Source of the DNA: the human T2T-CHM13v2.0 reference genome, Homo sapiens
Direction: 5' to 3' (one strand)
DNA: 64,000 nucleotides
NCBI RefSeq assembly: GCF_009914755.1
Contig: NC_060927.1
Below the pieces are notes generated by a model, which was not told the origin of the DNA, made no database searches, and worked only from the letters and a program-made list of their open reading frames with translations. Within the stretch, counting starts at the first letter, position 1. Each line of letters starts with the position of its first letter. Positions 48,211 to 63,800 of the stretch are shown here, piece by piece. Position numbers and translations under genes: made by a program.

Positions 48211-48273
48211 TGAAAGACCTAATTAAGACTATTCTTTCTCGCTTTTAGATGTTATGCCCTCTTATCTGTTTTA

Positions 48274-48453
<180 letters not shown>

Positions 48454-48677
48454 TCATGAGCTATATTCAGTTACCTTGAATGCCTTGATACAATTTCACT
48501 CTAATATGATTTCCAAGTCAATTTTCAAAAGCTGCTTTTTAATTTGTCACTTAAAAACATAATTTTAAAAAAGTATTTGTCAACGTGCGGCATATGAACC
48601 CGAATGGCTTTTTTCAGAAGCAATATTTATTTTATAAATAAAACTTGTGGGCAAAATAAGGTTTGCAGGGACTATTA

Positions 48678-48923
<246 letters not shown>

Positions 48924-49657
48924 TTATTTTCCCGTTTCCCAAATCTTTTATATCAGTGTATTTATCATTTTATGTACAATACAATTAGATAACTAGCTTA
49001 GCTTTATGACATATGCTATTAATATTGGGCAAATACTGGACCTTCTCATATCACTAAACTGAATATTTCTTCAACATTCTCCTGCCATCATCTAAAATAA
49101 ATCACTGGAATATTCTCCCTTCAGATTCTACTGTTCAGAATGGCATCTATCAGTTATGATATATGAGAGAAAGCTAAGGTTAAAAATAGGAATGGGTAGA
49201 CTTGAAGGGTGTTCTATTATTACTGAATTTAAGAGATCAATATTGTTTCAAAAATTTCTTTCTCAGTGGGCTGCTTGCCTTTTAATTTACAAGCAATTAA
49301 GAAACAGTAGGTAATCAAATTCTGAAGGGATTCAGAACCTTAGAGTGAGTGAGACGCACATTAGTATTCACGTGTATCAGCCTTACTAATTTTTTTTCTT
49401 AAGGTATTAGGGTCACTGCAAGGGCAATGTTTCATGAAAGTTCATGTTTGGCTTGTTTTATTTCTAAGAACATTTAGAGCTGGATGGGACATAAGATGAT
49501 CCAGTACAACCCTCATATATTCCAAATGAGAAAACTGAGGACCAGAGGGGCAAAACATCTTATCCAAGATCAAACTGCTGACAAGTGGCTGCAACAATTT
49601 GTCTAAATGCTGTCTATGCTTCAGACAATATTCTAAGCACTTCACATATATTCCATC

Positions 49658-49696
49658 CATATATATATATATATGTATATGGATATATATATATAT
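49658..49696. repeat. Interrupted (TA)n repeat in intron 1
   Basis: atatatatatatatatgtatatggatatatatatatatg. Confidence 0.8.
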
Positions 49697-50560
49697 GTAG
49701 TATGAGGATTAAATGAGATGAAATACATATATATTTCATAGATGGGAAAACAGCCATAAAAAAGTAACTTCTGAGGATCACACAGCTGGTCTAGTACTTG
49801 AGGTTGTGTCCTGGTTCAGTGGTCTTTGCTTGAAAACATAAGATGGAAAACTAGACTGAACTTCATTTAATATAGATGTGTCAGTATCACAGCTCAAAAT
49901 CTGCCGGTGAGAAGCTGCTGTTGTATTTCCAGCTAGGAAAAGTCAGGAATCTTTCAAGTTTCCACTCAAGATGTGGGGTTTCACTGTATGGGCAACAACA
50001 TGGTCATGAATGTACGCCTCTACGAGAACTGGGTTTTGATGCTCAAGTATTTTGATATTGGAAGAGAAGATTTTCCTAGCAGGAAATCTGATGCGTGCAT
50101 TTGGTAGTGCTACTGAGAAACGAATCAAATATATCTTGTGTAACAGTAAAAAGAAGTGGGAAGATTCTGACACAATGACATCCTGGCTGGAGGAGTTTAG
50201 CCGACACTTAGCGCACAGGAGATGAGTTCTTTCCATCTCCTAAAGAGGAAAAAGGGCAAATTCACCCAGAGAAGGAGAGAAAATGTGTTCCATAATCTAT
50301 TGAAATTTATGTTCAGTAACGAACTTTGGACATCTAAGCTTGTTAGCTGCAAATACCCCTTAAGAGTTCTACAAAAAAATGCTGCTACGGAATTGCAAAG
50401 ATTTTGAAATGCAGTACTACAGTGACAGCTGATCCGGGTCCATACCTGCAAGCAGAGGGCTAGTGACCCTTTCGTGTCCATCTTTTTATCAGCGGCCTCT
50501 AACCAAGCGGCCTCTCTGTGGGTACCCCCTACCTACCCCATCCCATATTGTGAACTATTA

Positions 50561-51199
<639 letters not shown>

Positions 51200-51359
51200 C
51201 TATCACCTGGAGCAGTGCCTGCGTCCCAGAGCCCTGCGTTTGAGCCCCCCACCCAGACCCCCGGAGTATTGAGCCGGCGAGCTGCACAGGCGGAAAGAAC
51301 CTTTCGAGAAGAGCCGCTGCAGCGTCGGGCTCCGGAGGCGGGGGCGGGAACTGGGGCGC

Positions 51360-51376
51360 GCTGGGAGCTGTAGTCC
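51360..51376 (-). promoter_or_regulatory. ACTACAnnTCCCA element (ZNF143/THAP11-HCF1-type motif)
   Basis: Minus strand reads GGACTACAGCTCCCAGC, a full match to the RRACTACANNTCCCR promoter consensus. Confidence 0.7.
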
Positions 51377-51878
51377 GGATCCTATCGCCGCCTGCGGCGT
51401 CCCTGCGCGGGGCGGGAGATAAGAATCCGACGCGCCCAGAAGGGCTGGTCCGAAGGGAAGAGAGTGGGGCGGGGACGGTGCTGTGGAAGGGACGGGAGAG
51501 ATAAAAGAGGCTTTCTTGTCACGTACAACCTCGGGTCGGCTGTTTACTCAGCCAAGGAGAGAAGATAGAGTAGGGCTGGGAGGCTGAGGGCGGACTGGGG
51601 CGGAAATGTGGCAGAGATCCCAGTCCCGCTTACATTTTCAAACAGGATTTGCGAATACAGAGCCTGGCTCAGGATCTGTATAGACCCGCCCTTCGCCCTG
51701 GGTCCTGGTCCTCTAGAGTTTTTAGAGGGGATGGGCAGGCTGGGAAACTCTTTGCTGAAGGATGGTTTTCTAAAGAGAGTGGGAGAAGCTAGTAATGGAC
51801 TCGGAAGAGAGTCGAGGAGAAGACTTTCTGTGATCGAGTCCACATCACAGTTCTGTCCTTAAGATTTCCCCAGGCTGG

Positions 51879-52221
<343 letters not shown>

Positions 52222-53777
52222 TTAGAAAAAGGAAAAGCAACGTGACTGTTTTGGTTAACCAGTAGAAAATTCCTGACTTGGTGTGTTTTGGTGATTAACA
52301 AATAAGAATTTAAAAAATAGTTATTCTACTACTGTAGGGTGCTCCCAAATATTGCTCACGTTTAATACTTACAACAACTGCTACAAACTAGGCAAGGCAA
52401 ATATCCACACTTCCTCCTACTCTGTCTCCCTTCCCCCACCCTTTAAAGAAATGAGGAAAGAAGCTAATAGATTTGACAGGCAGGTCTTTGTCTCCCCTGT
52501 AACCATACCACAGCTCCATGGTTCCTGGACGTAAAAGTGTGAGAACTATTGTCATGGGCTAATTTGTCCCATAAGTCTCCGGGATGATTTTAATTTCTAG
52601 TAGTAGATAATAATTTAAGCCACTGGTAGCTTTTCCCACAAGTGTTTTCTTTGTGGCAGGATGCACTGATGGAACTTCAATGGCTTTTGAGTCAGATCAA
52701 TTGGCATCTTGTCCACACACAACTGTACCTGGCAGCTCTCACTGGGACATGATGTTAGCAAGGTGGGTGTGCTTGCCGAAGCCTCACCACTGAGAATCTG
52801 TGAAAAGTAAAGGCTTGGATTGAGAAGTGACTAAGCGACTTTTAGGGAAGAAAAACAATTAGCTTTTGGTCATAGTGCAACCTGCCAGGAGGCCAAGTTA
52901 GAAGTGGAGGAAGGGAAATAAGAATTGTCATTGTAGGAAGGGTTGATGGCCTCTACTGGATGCCTGTGATGGGGTTGGGCTGGGCCTGGTGATGATAAAT
53001 GAACCTCATCAAATGAAAAGGAACCTCCCTGGTACGTTTATTTGTAAGAAACCCCCTCATTATTGCTCTAATTCTGCTAAAAATACCCATAAAGTTAGTA
53101 AAGCCCATAAAGTTAGTTAAAGCTAAGTAAGAACAGACTGTTTTGAACATTTGCCCGGTCACAAAGGCTGATCCTGAGCAAATTGCATACTAGATTCCAG
53201 GTTTCCATCCCTCTCATCCTTAGCCTCTCTATACGAAGGGCCTCACTCCTTTCTTCCTCTGGTTCCTAGCACCCTCCCTACTGGCAAACTGTTATTCAAT
53301 GCTTAAGAAAGGCTTCAATAACTTTGTTAGTGTGAGTTTAAATCACCTTTCTGGAGGTTCAAATTGTTCCCAAGTGGGATACTTATATTTAAGTTGTATT
53401 TGTCGGTATGGGGGAAGAAAAAAAGACATCACCTATCTAAGTAATTTCTTACATCAGAAAACTAGTTGGGACAAATAAAAAGTTTCTAATAAGTTGTAGA
53501 AAGTAAAGTGTAAAGTAGAAGTTCTTGTCTGTTTTTTAGCTTAGTTTCTTGCATTGCTTTCCAACTATTTTTTATGTGACCCTATTGCAAAGATGATTCT
53601 GCCTAGCCTTATAGGTATTAGTACATAAACATCATTTTTCAAACTCCACATGCTTCTCAGAATCCTTACGAACTTTTTCCTAAAGCCCTGTTGAACATAA
53701 CTTATTTTAGGCCTGCTGGTGCATGTTAGAGAGAGTTCTAATGTTTATCCCTCTGGTAGCTTTACTGCCTTCTAACA

Positions 53778-53801
53778 ACACACACACACACACACACACA
53801 C
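53778..53801. repeat. (AC)12 microsatellite
   Basis: Pure AC run. Confidence 0.9.
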
Positions 53802-56800
53802 CTAGAATTCTCACTATTTTTACTAAACTATACTATTTTCAACAATTATAAAATTCTGAAAGCCAAAGTTAAGAAATGTATTACCAAATTCACTCAGTTC
53901 TGTTGCTTTCAGATAGATACAGAAACTCAGGCTAATTAGTAACAAAATATTGCTGAAAATCTGTGTTTGCCTTGGCATCCTTCTGCCCAACTCATCAGAA
54001 ATTTTGGTGGGGTGATGGGAGGGGGGTGGTAGGATTACCAAGGAGGTAGAATTTTTAAAATGTTAATTCATTTTTTTCTCCTAGAATTTGTATTTTAAAC
54101 TTTTAGGTCTATAGTAGCAAATGCTTACATAGATTATTAAAATAATTGGTTCTTAAAGCTGTTTATATTTATAGTCTAAATATCCAATGCAATTTAGTGT
54201 TGTCAACTTGCTTTTTCTTTAACTGGTGTAATTTTAAAATTATTTTTTCACAAAGGTATAGATACCATTTCAGGGAGGTTTTATGAAAGGGACTAACTCA
54301 TGGTACCTATCCTTTCAGTCCCTGTGGCTTCTCCCTAATTCTTCCCTATAGTAATATTGATGTAATGTCTGGAGTTGCAGCAACCATTTTGTGACTAAGA
54401 CTCTGAAAGTCCCATGTAAAAGTTTGCAGAGCAGTCAGAAAGAAGGAACCTTGGTCCTGATGACATCCATGAGCAAATGCACCAGCACTGGGCCACTAAC
54501 CTTTGAACTTCTTGTTATATGAGAAAAAATAATTTAAAGAACTGTCTGCCAGGTGTTTTGTTGCAGCTTAAGCCTTTCTGATATAGACTGTTTCCCACCT
54601 TGGTTCAAATACCTACCATGGGACCAACCAATAAAAAATAGCCATGAGTGAAAAAATGGGATCATGTAAGAACATGGACTCTCCCGTTAGTGTTTTGGGG
54701 TAGGGAAGTTGGAGATATCATGTGGGGTATCATTTCTAGACAAAGGGAAATGTGATGAGCAGAAAGTACCATAAATGCCCACCAGAGGGAGAAATTTTTG
54801 AATATGATTCTAGGGTTTTGAGCCTACATATCTAAGATTAACAAAAATAGGGAACTTAGAAAGAAGAACTAGCAGGTACAGAGCAGGAGTTTATAGGGAG
54901 GACAGGAGATAATCAGTTTGATAGAGACAATTCTTAATAGAAGTATTCCCACCAGTTTAGCTAAAGCTCTCTGGCTGTTCCATTTGCCCAGATACAGGAG
55001 CTTCCTGGCCACTCCATCCCTTCAGTATAAAATGCTCTTACCATCCATTCTCAGAGTCTTAAAAATGTTATGGGCCAACCAAAAAGGTGGGTCATTTGAG
55101 AAGATGCTGATGACAAAGTGTTGGGATATATATAGGTGTTCCTCCTGTGAGGCAATCAAAGAACAATGGGTATTGGGTACATGTTTAATGGTCCTCATCA
55201 GGCAGCAATAAGAAAGATATTTAATATTGTTCCTGTACCTGCCTCCATGATGCTTTCAGGGCACTTGCAACCAGTAGTACTTGCTCAAGAAACATAAAGC
55301 TACTTCCATTCATGTCATTGAGAGTTCATCTCCTCTGGTGGACTGGAATACTCTCTTGAAAAATACACATTTAAGACCTTTTACTTTAGACCCATATCAA
55401 TATCCATGTAAACTTAGGAGTCAAAAATCAATTCCCTTTGTTCTCTGCATCTATCTAGAGTGATCTTTTCCCCCATGTCTAACTCTTTAGCCTGGGCCAG
55501 GACCTATTTCTAGAATTAATGAGGTTGAATGAATGCAGGAGGAGGGAAAAGCACATTTGAAATATTCTCTTACTGCAGACTTACTGCAGACATGTTGAAC
55601 TTGAGACATTAGTAGCTATATAAATGGAAACATGAGGCCAGAAAGGGATGAGGGCTGGAGAGAGAGATTTTTGAGATACCCATAGTGCTGGGATGATGAG
55701 CTCATTCAGAAGAACTCTTACAACTAAAAGATAAAGGGCTTGATGTCAGAACATGGGACAACAGTCACATTAGGGACAAAAAGCAAGAAGTCTTGGGGCC
55801 TTGAGTGTGATGTCACAGAAACATGGAGGGAGACAGCACCAAAGAGGAGAGTGGGGTCAGCAGGCAGAAAGCTTTACTCTCTGATCATCCAGAGAACAGA
55901 AGTACCGAGTAGAGGCTATGGGAAATAATGAAGTCATTGGCTGCCTTTGAAACAAGAGTTTCGGAAAACCTGTTGGGGTGGCAGCTGAAATGAAAGAACA
56001 TATAGAACAACAGTAGCTCAGGGTGGGAAGTTGTGATGTTGATCTTTTATTTGGAGTGGAAGACTAGAGCATGGTTCTGTTTGTTTTTGCTTAAGGAAGT
56101 GAGGCAGCAGAGAGAACTAAAAATACAAGAATATGTGCCACTCAGAGACCTCATGGTCAGGCTCAAGGTTTGTTTTACTTTCTTCTCTTCCCAAATTGCA
56201 CCATTCAGGCTGCATTCAAGGAGTATAAAGGTCAAGGGGAATGAGAAAGAGGATTGAGCAAAGGAATAGCCATTTGGGGTTCTAATATATGTACCTTCAA
56301 CGGATCTGGCTTGCTTTCTCCAAATATTTGTCCTCACCTTCATTCTAACCAGCACTCAGGCAGCCTTCCTGTGTAAAACAGGAACTCAACTATAACTGAA
56401 GGGTTATGAGAACTTTGTAGGGTAACTGACCAACTTTGTTGGTCAAACTGAGTCCTGAATCGTTTATTCTTTCTATAGACATTTACTTAGCACCTTCTAT
56501 GTGTTAGGTTCCAATCAACCCCATAAGGTAGACAGGACCACTATTGTCACTACTCACATGATAGATTAGAAAACTGAGGCTTAGATGGGTTTAGTGATAG
56601 ACCAAGTCTAGACCTTGTCTCTAAGGCTCTATTAATGTTACAACATTGCTCTTCATCTGACCCAGAGTCATTGTATGCTAATACAATGTCAATAACATTT
56701 ACTAAACACCCGCACCTTACTAGGAACTTCAGGACACACAGAGGAGCTGCCAGCCTTTCCCATCCTCCTAGGAAAAAAGGATTCCATTTGAGCCACCAAA

Positions 56801-56948
56801 TAATCTCTTCAAATGAACTATTACATAGGCATTTGTAATAGTTGTGGGACCATGACAGTGACCTTGCAAGCAGAAGCCAGACATATCATTCTTAATAATC
56901 AATAGGAAGAAATTAGGATTGTTATGTGATCTTTAATATATACATACT

Positions 56949-57231
56949 TTTTGAGACGGAGTCTCGCTCTGTTGCCCAGGATGGAGTGCAGTGGCACGAT
57001 CTCAGCTCACTGCAACTTCTGCTCCCAGGTTCAAGCAATTCTCCTGTCTCAGCTTCCCAAGTAGCTGGGATTACAGGCACACGCTGTCAAGCCTGGCTAA
57101 TTTTTGTATTTTAGTAGAGACGGGGTTTCACCGTGTTGCCCAGGCTGGTCTCGAACTCCTGAATTCAGGCAATCCACCTGCCTCAGCCTCCCAAAGTGCT
57201 AGGATTACAGGCATAAGCCACCACACCCAGC
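56949..57231 (-). mobile_element. AluS
   Basis: Antisense dimer; TSD tgtgatctttaat. Confidence 0.88.
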
Positions 57232-57678
57232 TGTGATCTTTAATTTAATTTTTAATAGAAACATTAAAAACTCAGTTACTGTAGGTTGTAGATGAAAAAC
57301 AGTAAAACTACTTTTGTTGGTGCATTGTAATTTAAAACATTAGAAACATTGAGAATTAATGTGTTTTATTTTTTCACACTTCTATAAAGTAGTTTGAACA
57401 GTGCCTCCCTTCTTTTTCTTATTGTATAACTGAAGATATGAAACAAGTATCTTTTCTATGCCTCAGTGAACTGTCAGACTTTCTAAGTCTGGATCAGCTT
57501 TCAACATTTGATCCTTTGTGCCTTCAGTGTTGCGAAATATTCTAATAGTTTCTTTAACGTGAAATGGGTTTTTTCTTTTTTTTTTTTTTTTTTTCCAGCA
57601 TCACTTCCTCTGAAATATCTTCATCCAACACAAACACTTTCTTCACATATGTCAGTAAGTTTGCCTTCACTAAGTTCC

Positions 57679-58098
57679 TGTGATGGTTAATTTTATGGGT
57701 CAAATGTACTGGGCTATAGTGCCCAGATATTTGGTCAAACACTATTCCAGATGTTTTTGTGAGGAAATTAACATTTAGGTTAGTAGACTTGAAGTGAAGC
57801 AGATTGTCCTCCAAAATGTAAGTGGGCCTCATCCAATCAGTTGAAGGTCTGAATACAACAATAGACTGACTTCCCCTGAGCAAGAAGGAATTTTGCAAAT
57901 TCTGTCGCCAGATGGCCTTCGGACCTGAACTGCTACATCAGTTATTCCCTGGATTTATTCTGGCCCACCCTGCAGATTTTGGACTTTCCAGCCTCCATAA
58001 TCCTTAAAATCAATCAACTAATTCCTCTCTGTCTCCATATATGTAAACACATATACATTCTGTTGGTTCTGTTTCTCTGGAGAACCTTGACTAATCCC
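57679..58098 (+). mobile_element. MLT2 (ERVL) LTR
   Basis: TGtgatggttaattttatg...gtgcccagatatttggtcaaac...ggttctgtttctctggagaaccttgactaat; homologous to 24208-24562. Confidence 0.8.
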
Positions 58099-58875
58099 GT
58101 TCTTCTGGGTGCATATCTAAGTGCCTCAAAAGGCAACAATGTTAACATTGCCCTGGTTAGCTATTTATTCAGTAATTCCATTTAGGTTCAACTAGAATTT
58201 CACTTCCAGTTTTGTTGCTTTCTGTTTCTTTGCTGCACTTTCATCTTTGTTGACCAATTCCTTCTTTCAATGATCCATTTTTGTAAAATGTCACATGCGT
58301 TTATCATGGGGCAACAAAGAAACAACATAGCTACACACTTTGCATAAATTGTGCATAAACTGAATAACAGATGGGCACTGACCAATCACCAACAGACTTT
58401 GAAAAAAAGTAGCATGATTGGTCGTGAACATGATGCATTTATGTTATTTATGTAGTGATTTGTGGACTGAAGAGCTAGCACCAGATTTGTACTTTACACA
58501 ACTTTACACAATTACCCACAGTTATCTAATGTGGTAACTGAAATTTGAACTCCATTGGGGAGCTGGTGATATTTAACCAAATCATGATAACGAAATGTAA
58601 TTTGTGCCTCTTGGAATCATGCAATGCCATGACTGCCTATATTTACTTTTGAACTGATGGCCTAGGTTCATAATAAAGAAGTCTCTACCTACCATGAAGG
58701 ATCATGAACCAAAGAAAACAAGGTTCTCAACAGAATCAGCAGCGTCTCCATAAAAATTCTAGTATTTTCTTAACTTGAATTCTTAAAATAATGGAGACTT
58801 ATTTTTCTGCCTATTTTCAGTGAATAATTGACACTTGTAGAATCACATAAAAATATACAAACAGAAGAAATGGTT

Positions 58876-59346
58876 TGTGGCAGAGACAACTAGTTGTCCA
58901 ACAAAAATCCATTTTTCTCTTCTTACTTTAATAATCATTCTCCAGGTTTCGTGGAGCACATAGCAGCTTCAGCTAGCAGCTATAGTAGAGCAGAATGCTT
59001 CCACTACACTCATATCCCCTCTTGAAGCTTATGATCAAATCCTGGCCAGTAGGATGTGAATAAAACTATTGTGTGTCACTTCTGAGTTTATTCTTAAAAG
59101 GAATAAATGTGCTTCCTCTGGCCTTTTCGCTACTGGCTAGGATACAGCTGTGAAGGCATGAAGTGGAACAGCCACTTTGAACCCAGAAATAAAATCTGTG
59201 TGTTGAGTGAGGATGACAGAGCAACACTATGCATTTTGGACTATGACTCTGGAAAGTTCAATCAGACAGAATGAACTTCACTTTTGTTTTAGCCACTGAA
59301 TTTTGGGGTCTTTTGTTATAAACACTAAATTATAACCTAATAAATA
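58876..59346 (+). mobile_element. Old MLT1-type LTR
   Basis: tgtggcagagac...ttttgttttagccactgaattttggggtcttttgttataaacac...ctaataaata. Confidence 0.5.
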
Positions 59347-60388
59347 CGTGAATGGAATCCTTTCTGAGAATAACCAGTAGCCTAACGTAGTAACATAGGG
59401 AGTTTATGCACATCACACTAAATAGTGGATGGATTATCTCTATTCTAACTTTCACTTAAAGATGACAGGAAGAAAGACTGAGGGCCTCAAATGTAATGGC
59501 ATCCCCTTATGAGGGAATAAGCTGAGCGGGGCCTACTGAAGACAATTAATGGTCTAGTGCAACCAACATAGAGAGGATGGATAAAACCTGACTCTTGCAG
59601 AGTGGATGTGATGTTTTCCACTTAGCATTTGTTGTGCACTAAGGCTATGAACCTCCATTCTTAACAACAAGCTGTATTGGGAAGGGGGGCCTCCAATATT
59701 TAAATTGAATTTCTAGGAGCTGCTGGGGTCTAACCAGAGAGACAGCGTTTATGGCAATACTGTGTTTATAGAATTTGTGTCAAAAATAAATTTAAGGTGG
59801 TACAAACCAGTTTAGTCATCGACATGAATATAATTTATCCAACTACAACCACTGAAATACGTGCATAATGAAATTTGGCTCTTTTTTACAGAGCACATTA
59901 GAAAACATGATACATCAACAAATGTGTGACACTCGTGTGTACACTAGAGGGCACTCACCTACTAATTTGCAAACCAGCATCTAGAGCTTGGGATCTTGTT
60001 AAAAGTGTATGTTTCGAGGCTGTAGAGGAGCCTGTGAACCTGCTTTTTAATGGGATACTCTCTAAGAGCATAGTTAAGGGAATGGCTCATGGAGTCTGAT
60101 GGCCAGGGTTTGAAAACTGGCTTTGCCATTTGTGAACTTAGGCAATTAGGTAACCTCCCTGTGCCTGGATTTCCTCATCCACTGGATGAAGTTAGAAATA
60201 ACATTTCCCTCTTAGGGTAGTTGTGATGATTAGATAAGTTAACTTAGAACACAACCTAGTGCCTAGCAATATATATTAGCTCTATTATTATAAGTATTAT
60301 TTTTAGTAATCATATTTATTGATTGTATAGCAGGGGACCTTAGAGTCACTCTTGAGAAATACAGAACTATTTTAAAAATTTAAAAAGG

Positions 60389-60690
60389 GGCCAGGCACAG
60401 TGGCTCACCCTGTATTCCTAGCACTTTGGGAGGCCAAGGTAGGAGTTTTGCTTGAGGCCTAGAGTTCGAGAACCCTGTGAGCAACGTAGAAAGACCTCAA
60501 CTCTACTAAAAATTAAATAAATAAAGTAGTCAGATGTGGTGGTGTACGCCTGTAGTCCCAGCTTCAGGAGGCTGAAGCAGGAGGATCGCTCGTGTCCAGG
60601 AGTTCAAGGCTGCATTGAGCTATGATTGCTCCACTGCACTCCAGCCTGAGTGACAGAGACTCTGACTCAGTCAATCAATCAATAAATAAA
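60389..60690 (+). mobile_element. AluJ
   Basis: Diverged dimer with J-type ggaggatcgct...gagttcaaggctgc...gagctatgatt. Confidence 0.85.
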
Positions 60691-61732
60691 GAAGGATCCT
60701 CTTAATAGTGAGTACCCAGTCAGGCAAAGACCTCATGTTCCGACTCTTAGCTACAGTGATAATGGAATGGCAGCAACAAAAATTGCAGAATAGAAAATGG
60801 AGCGAAATGAGGCTGGTCTTTTTATGCTCGGTTAAAGAACTTGTACATTATTCATAAGTCCATAGAAATCCATCAAAAGGCATTAAAGCAGAAGATGGCT
60901 TAATGAGGTTTATATCTGAGATAGATTATTCTGGAAGTGAAATGGGGGGGTGGGAGGCAAGGGAAGAGAGTGGAGGCAGTATATCGGGGAGGTCAGGTAG
61001 ACGTAATGCTGCTCCTTTTCCAACCAAGAAAGGGTTTCCAGAAAACTTTAGGATTATCCACAACAGTGACTCACAATAATTTGAACATTATAAATCCTTC
61101 CTTCTTTGGAGTTCAAACCAGAGCTCAAGCTTGTAATAAAGTACTCTGCCTCAACCACACCCCGCTGTTTTATACAAACATATAGGATAGAGTACCTGGC
61201 AGGCATCCTCCCTAGGTTTTGAGCAGCAGATCCTGCAAGGAGAACTCCTGTGAACTATGCAGTCACCAGAGAAAAACTGGACTGTTCTCTGTAGCACCAG
61301 AAGCTGAGAAGGGGGTACATCCAGCATCTCACCTGGTGATCCTGTAGATGTTGGGGTAGATTTTCAGGAACTGTGGCAGCTTTGAAGTGTTTGACCTAAG
61401 AAATACTGAAATAAACTTCAGTTCTGCTTATCATGCCAGTGGCTAGAATGGGAGGAGCTGCCACAGGGGTGGGAGAGGCCAGAGGAGGAGAGGTGATCTA
61501 GGGTTCTTATCTAGGGTTCTGCTCTCCTTGACTCTGCCTAGAATTCTGATGCCATTCTGATACCATTAAATTATCAGCACCAGGGAAAATAACAATATGA
61601 GTATTTTCTCTAGTACCTGAGGAGTGAGTATGAATGATTGCATAAGAAAGGAATTCATTCCTGGGGGTCCCTCTGCCAGGAGCAGTTCCTACTTATGTAC
61701 TCAGCCAAGTTTTATGTATCACCCGCATTTCT

Positions 61733-62093
61733 TTTTTTTTTTTTTATACTTTAAGTTTTAGGGTACATGTGCACAACGTGCAGGTTAATTACATATGTAT
61801 ACATGTGACATGCTGGTGCGCTGCACCCACTAACTCGTCATCTAGCATTAGGTATATCTCCCAATGCTATCCCTCCCCCCTCCCCCCACCCCACAACAGT
61901 CCCCAGAGTGTGATGTTCCCCCTCCTGTGTCCATGTGTTCCCATTGTTCAATTCCCACCTATGAGTGAGAATATGCGGTGTTTGGTTTTTTGTTCTTGCG
62001 ATAGTTTGCTGAGAATGATGATTTCCAATTTCATCCATGTCCCTACAAAGGACATGAACTCATCATTTTTTATGGCTGCATAGTATTCCACGG
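61733..62093 (-). mobile_element. 5'-truncated young L1PA 3' end
   Basis: Poly-T then tatactttaagttttagggtacatgtgcac; 17-bp TSD gtatcacc(c)(g/a)catttct at 61716-61732 and 62094-62110. Confidence 0.93.
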
Positions 62094-62625
62094 GTATCAC
62101 CCACATTTCTAATCTTTCAGCTGAAAACATACAAAATGTAAACAGTGAAACAGCTCTTCCTTCTGTTAGAGTTTTTGAGATTGCAGAATCATGGGATATT
62201 GTCTTAGACTGTTTAGAGCTAAAAGGAACCTACTCCAGTGGTTCTCAGACTTGATTTAGTATGAGATCTCTTTAAATAAAATCTTATGAAGAAGTCCAAT
62301 TCCTATGTGAACAGAAAGCAGAGCTGCTTTTGTTGCAGGAGTGTTCTGGCTGGGCAATGACTCTCCTGTTTGTCAGCCTCTAACACAGGATTATCTGAAT
62401 CACTTCTTTGAACCTCTAGGACCAAGAAGAGCTAAGTCTGAAAGTCATGATTAAATGAATTCCTCCATTTTACAAAGGACAAAAATGAGTCCCAGAGGGT
62501 TAACAATTAATTTAGTAGAGTGAAGTAGAGTGAGAGACCCTTAGGGAGGGTGCATAGAAATAAGCTGAAGGTCACTGGTTCAAATTAATGGTACAGAATA
62601 GAGATTAGAGATATTTAGGATCTAG

Positions 62626-62854
62626 GCTCACCGTATCCTCCACCTCTCAGGTTCAAGCGATTCTCCTGCCACAGCCTCCTGAGTAGCTGGGATTATAGGC
62701 ATGCACCACCAAGCACGGCTAATTTTGTATTTTTAGTAGAGATGGGTTTTCTCCATGTTGGTTAGGCTGGTCTCAAACCCCTGACCCCAGGTGATCCACC
62801 CACCTCGGCCTCCCACAGTGCTGGGATTACAGGCATGAGCCACCACGCCTGGCC
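62626..62854 (-). mobile_element. Alu lacking its 3' end
   Basis: Antisense left arm plus partial right arm, no poly-T. Confidence 0.85.
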
Positions 62855-63493
62855 AAGAAGAAGGTTTAATTTAGATCTAGAGAAGGATTTCCAATAGAAA
62901 TGGATACAAAACTTTGCAACTTGGAAATCACTGACCTGGAATCTGTTCAATGTAGCAAAGCTGCATATCTGTCTAGAGAGAATGAAAACTAGTTTTAATT
63001 ACAGCCTTATATTCAGGTGGAGACTATCAAACAGCTGTTAGTCACCATCATCTTTGGCATTATCAAACATCCATTAAAGGTCTTTACAAGTTAGACACAA
63101 AGGCGCTTTTCTTTCTGGACACAGTTTTTGCAGATCCATAGTTTAGACAGACAACAACATGGTGATTTTCTGATGACTTATGGGAGGAATATTACCCAGT
63201 TCCAAACTTTTTCTCTTTCCACTCTGTGTTGAAAATTAAACTCAAAACTCACTTGGTTCAGGAAATGTCTACCCACGTGACTCTGCTTGCCATTGTAGCA
63301 ACTTTTATTCTTAATTTACTTTGTTGAACCTCTGTTCCTCACCCATAAGATAGCAATAAGAAAATTTCTCACTGTTTTTGTATGAAAAAAACGAAACAAC
63401 CTATCTTAGCTGTTTAGCACAGTGCCTGACACTTAGCAATTATCTAAAAACTTTTAGTTTCTCCTCTGATGTGAATCACTGATGACTTATTAA

Positions 63494-63800
<307 letters not shown>

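Noticed and set aside
54918-55463. Possible processed-pseudogene fragment upstream of CPOX
   Set aside because: Only a vague peptide resemblance to known proteins; no poly(A) or TSD seen. A BLASTX search would be needed.
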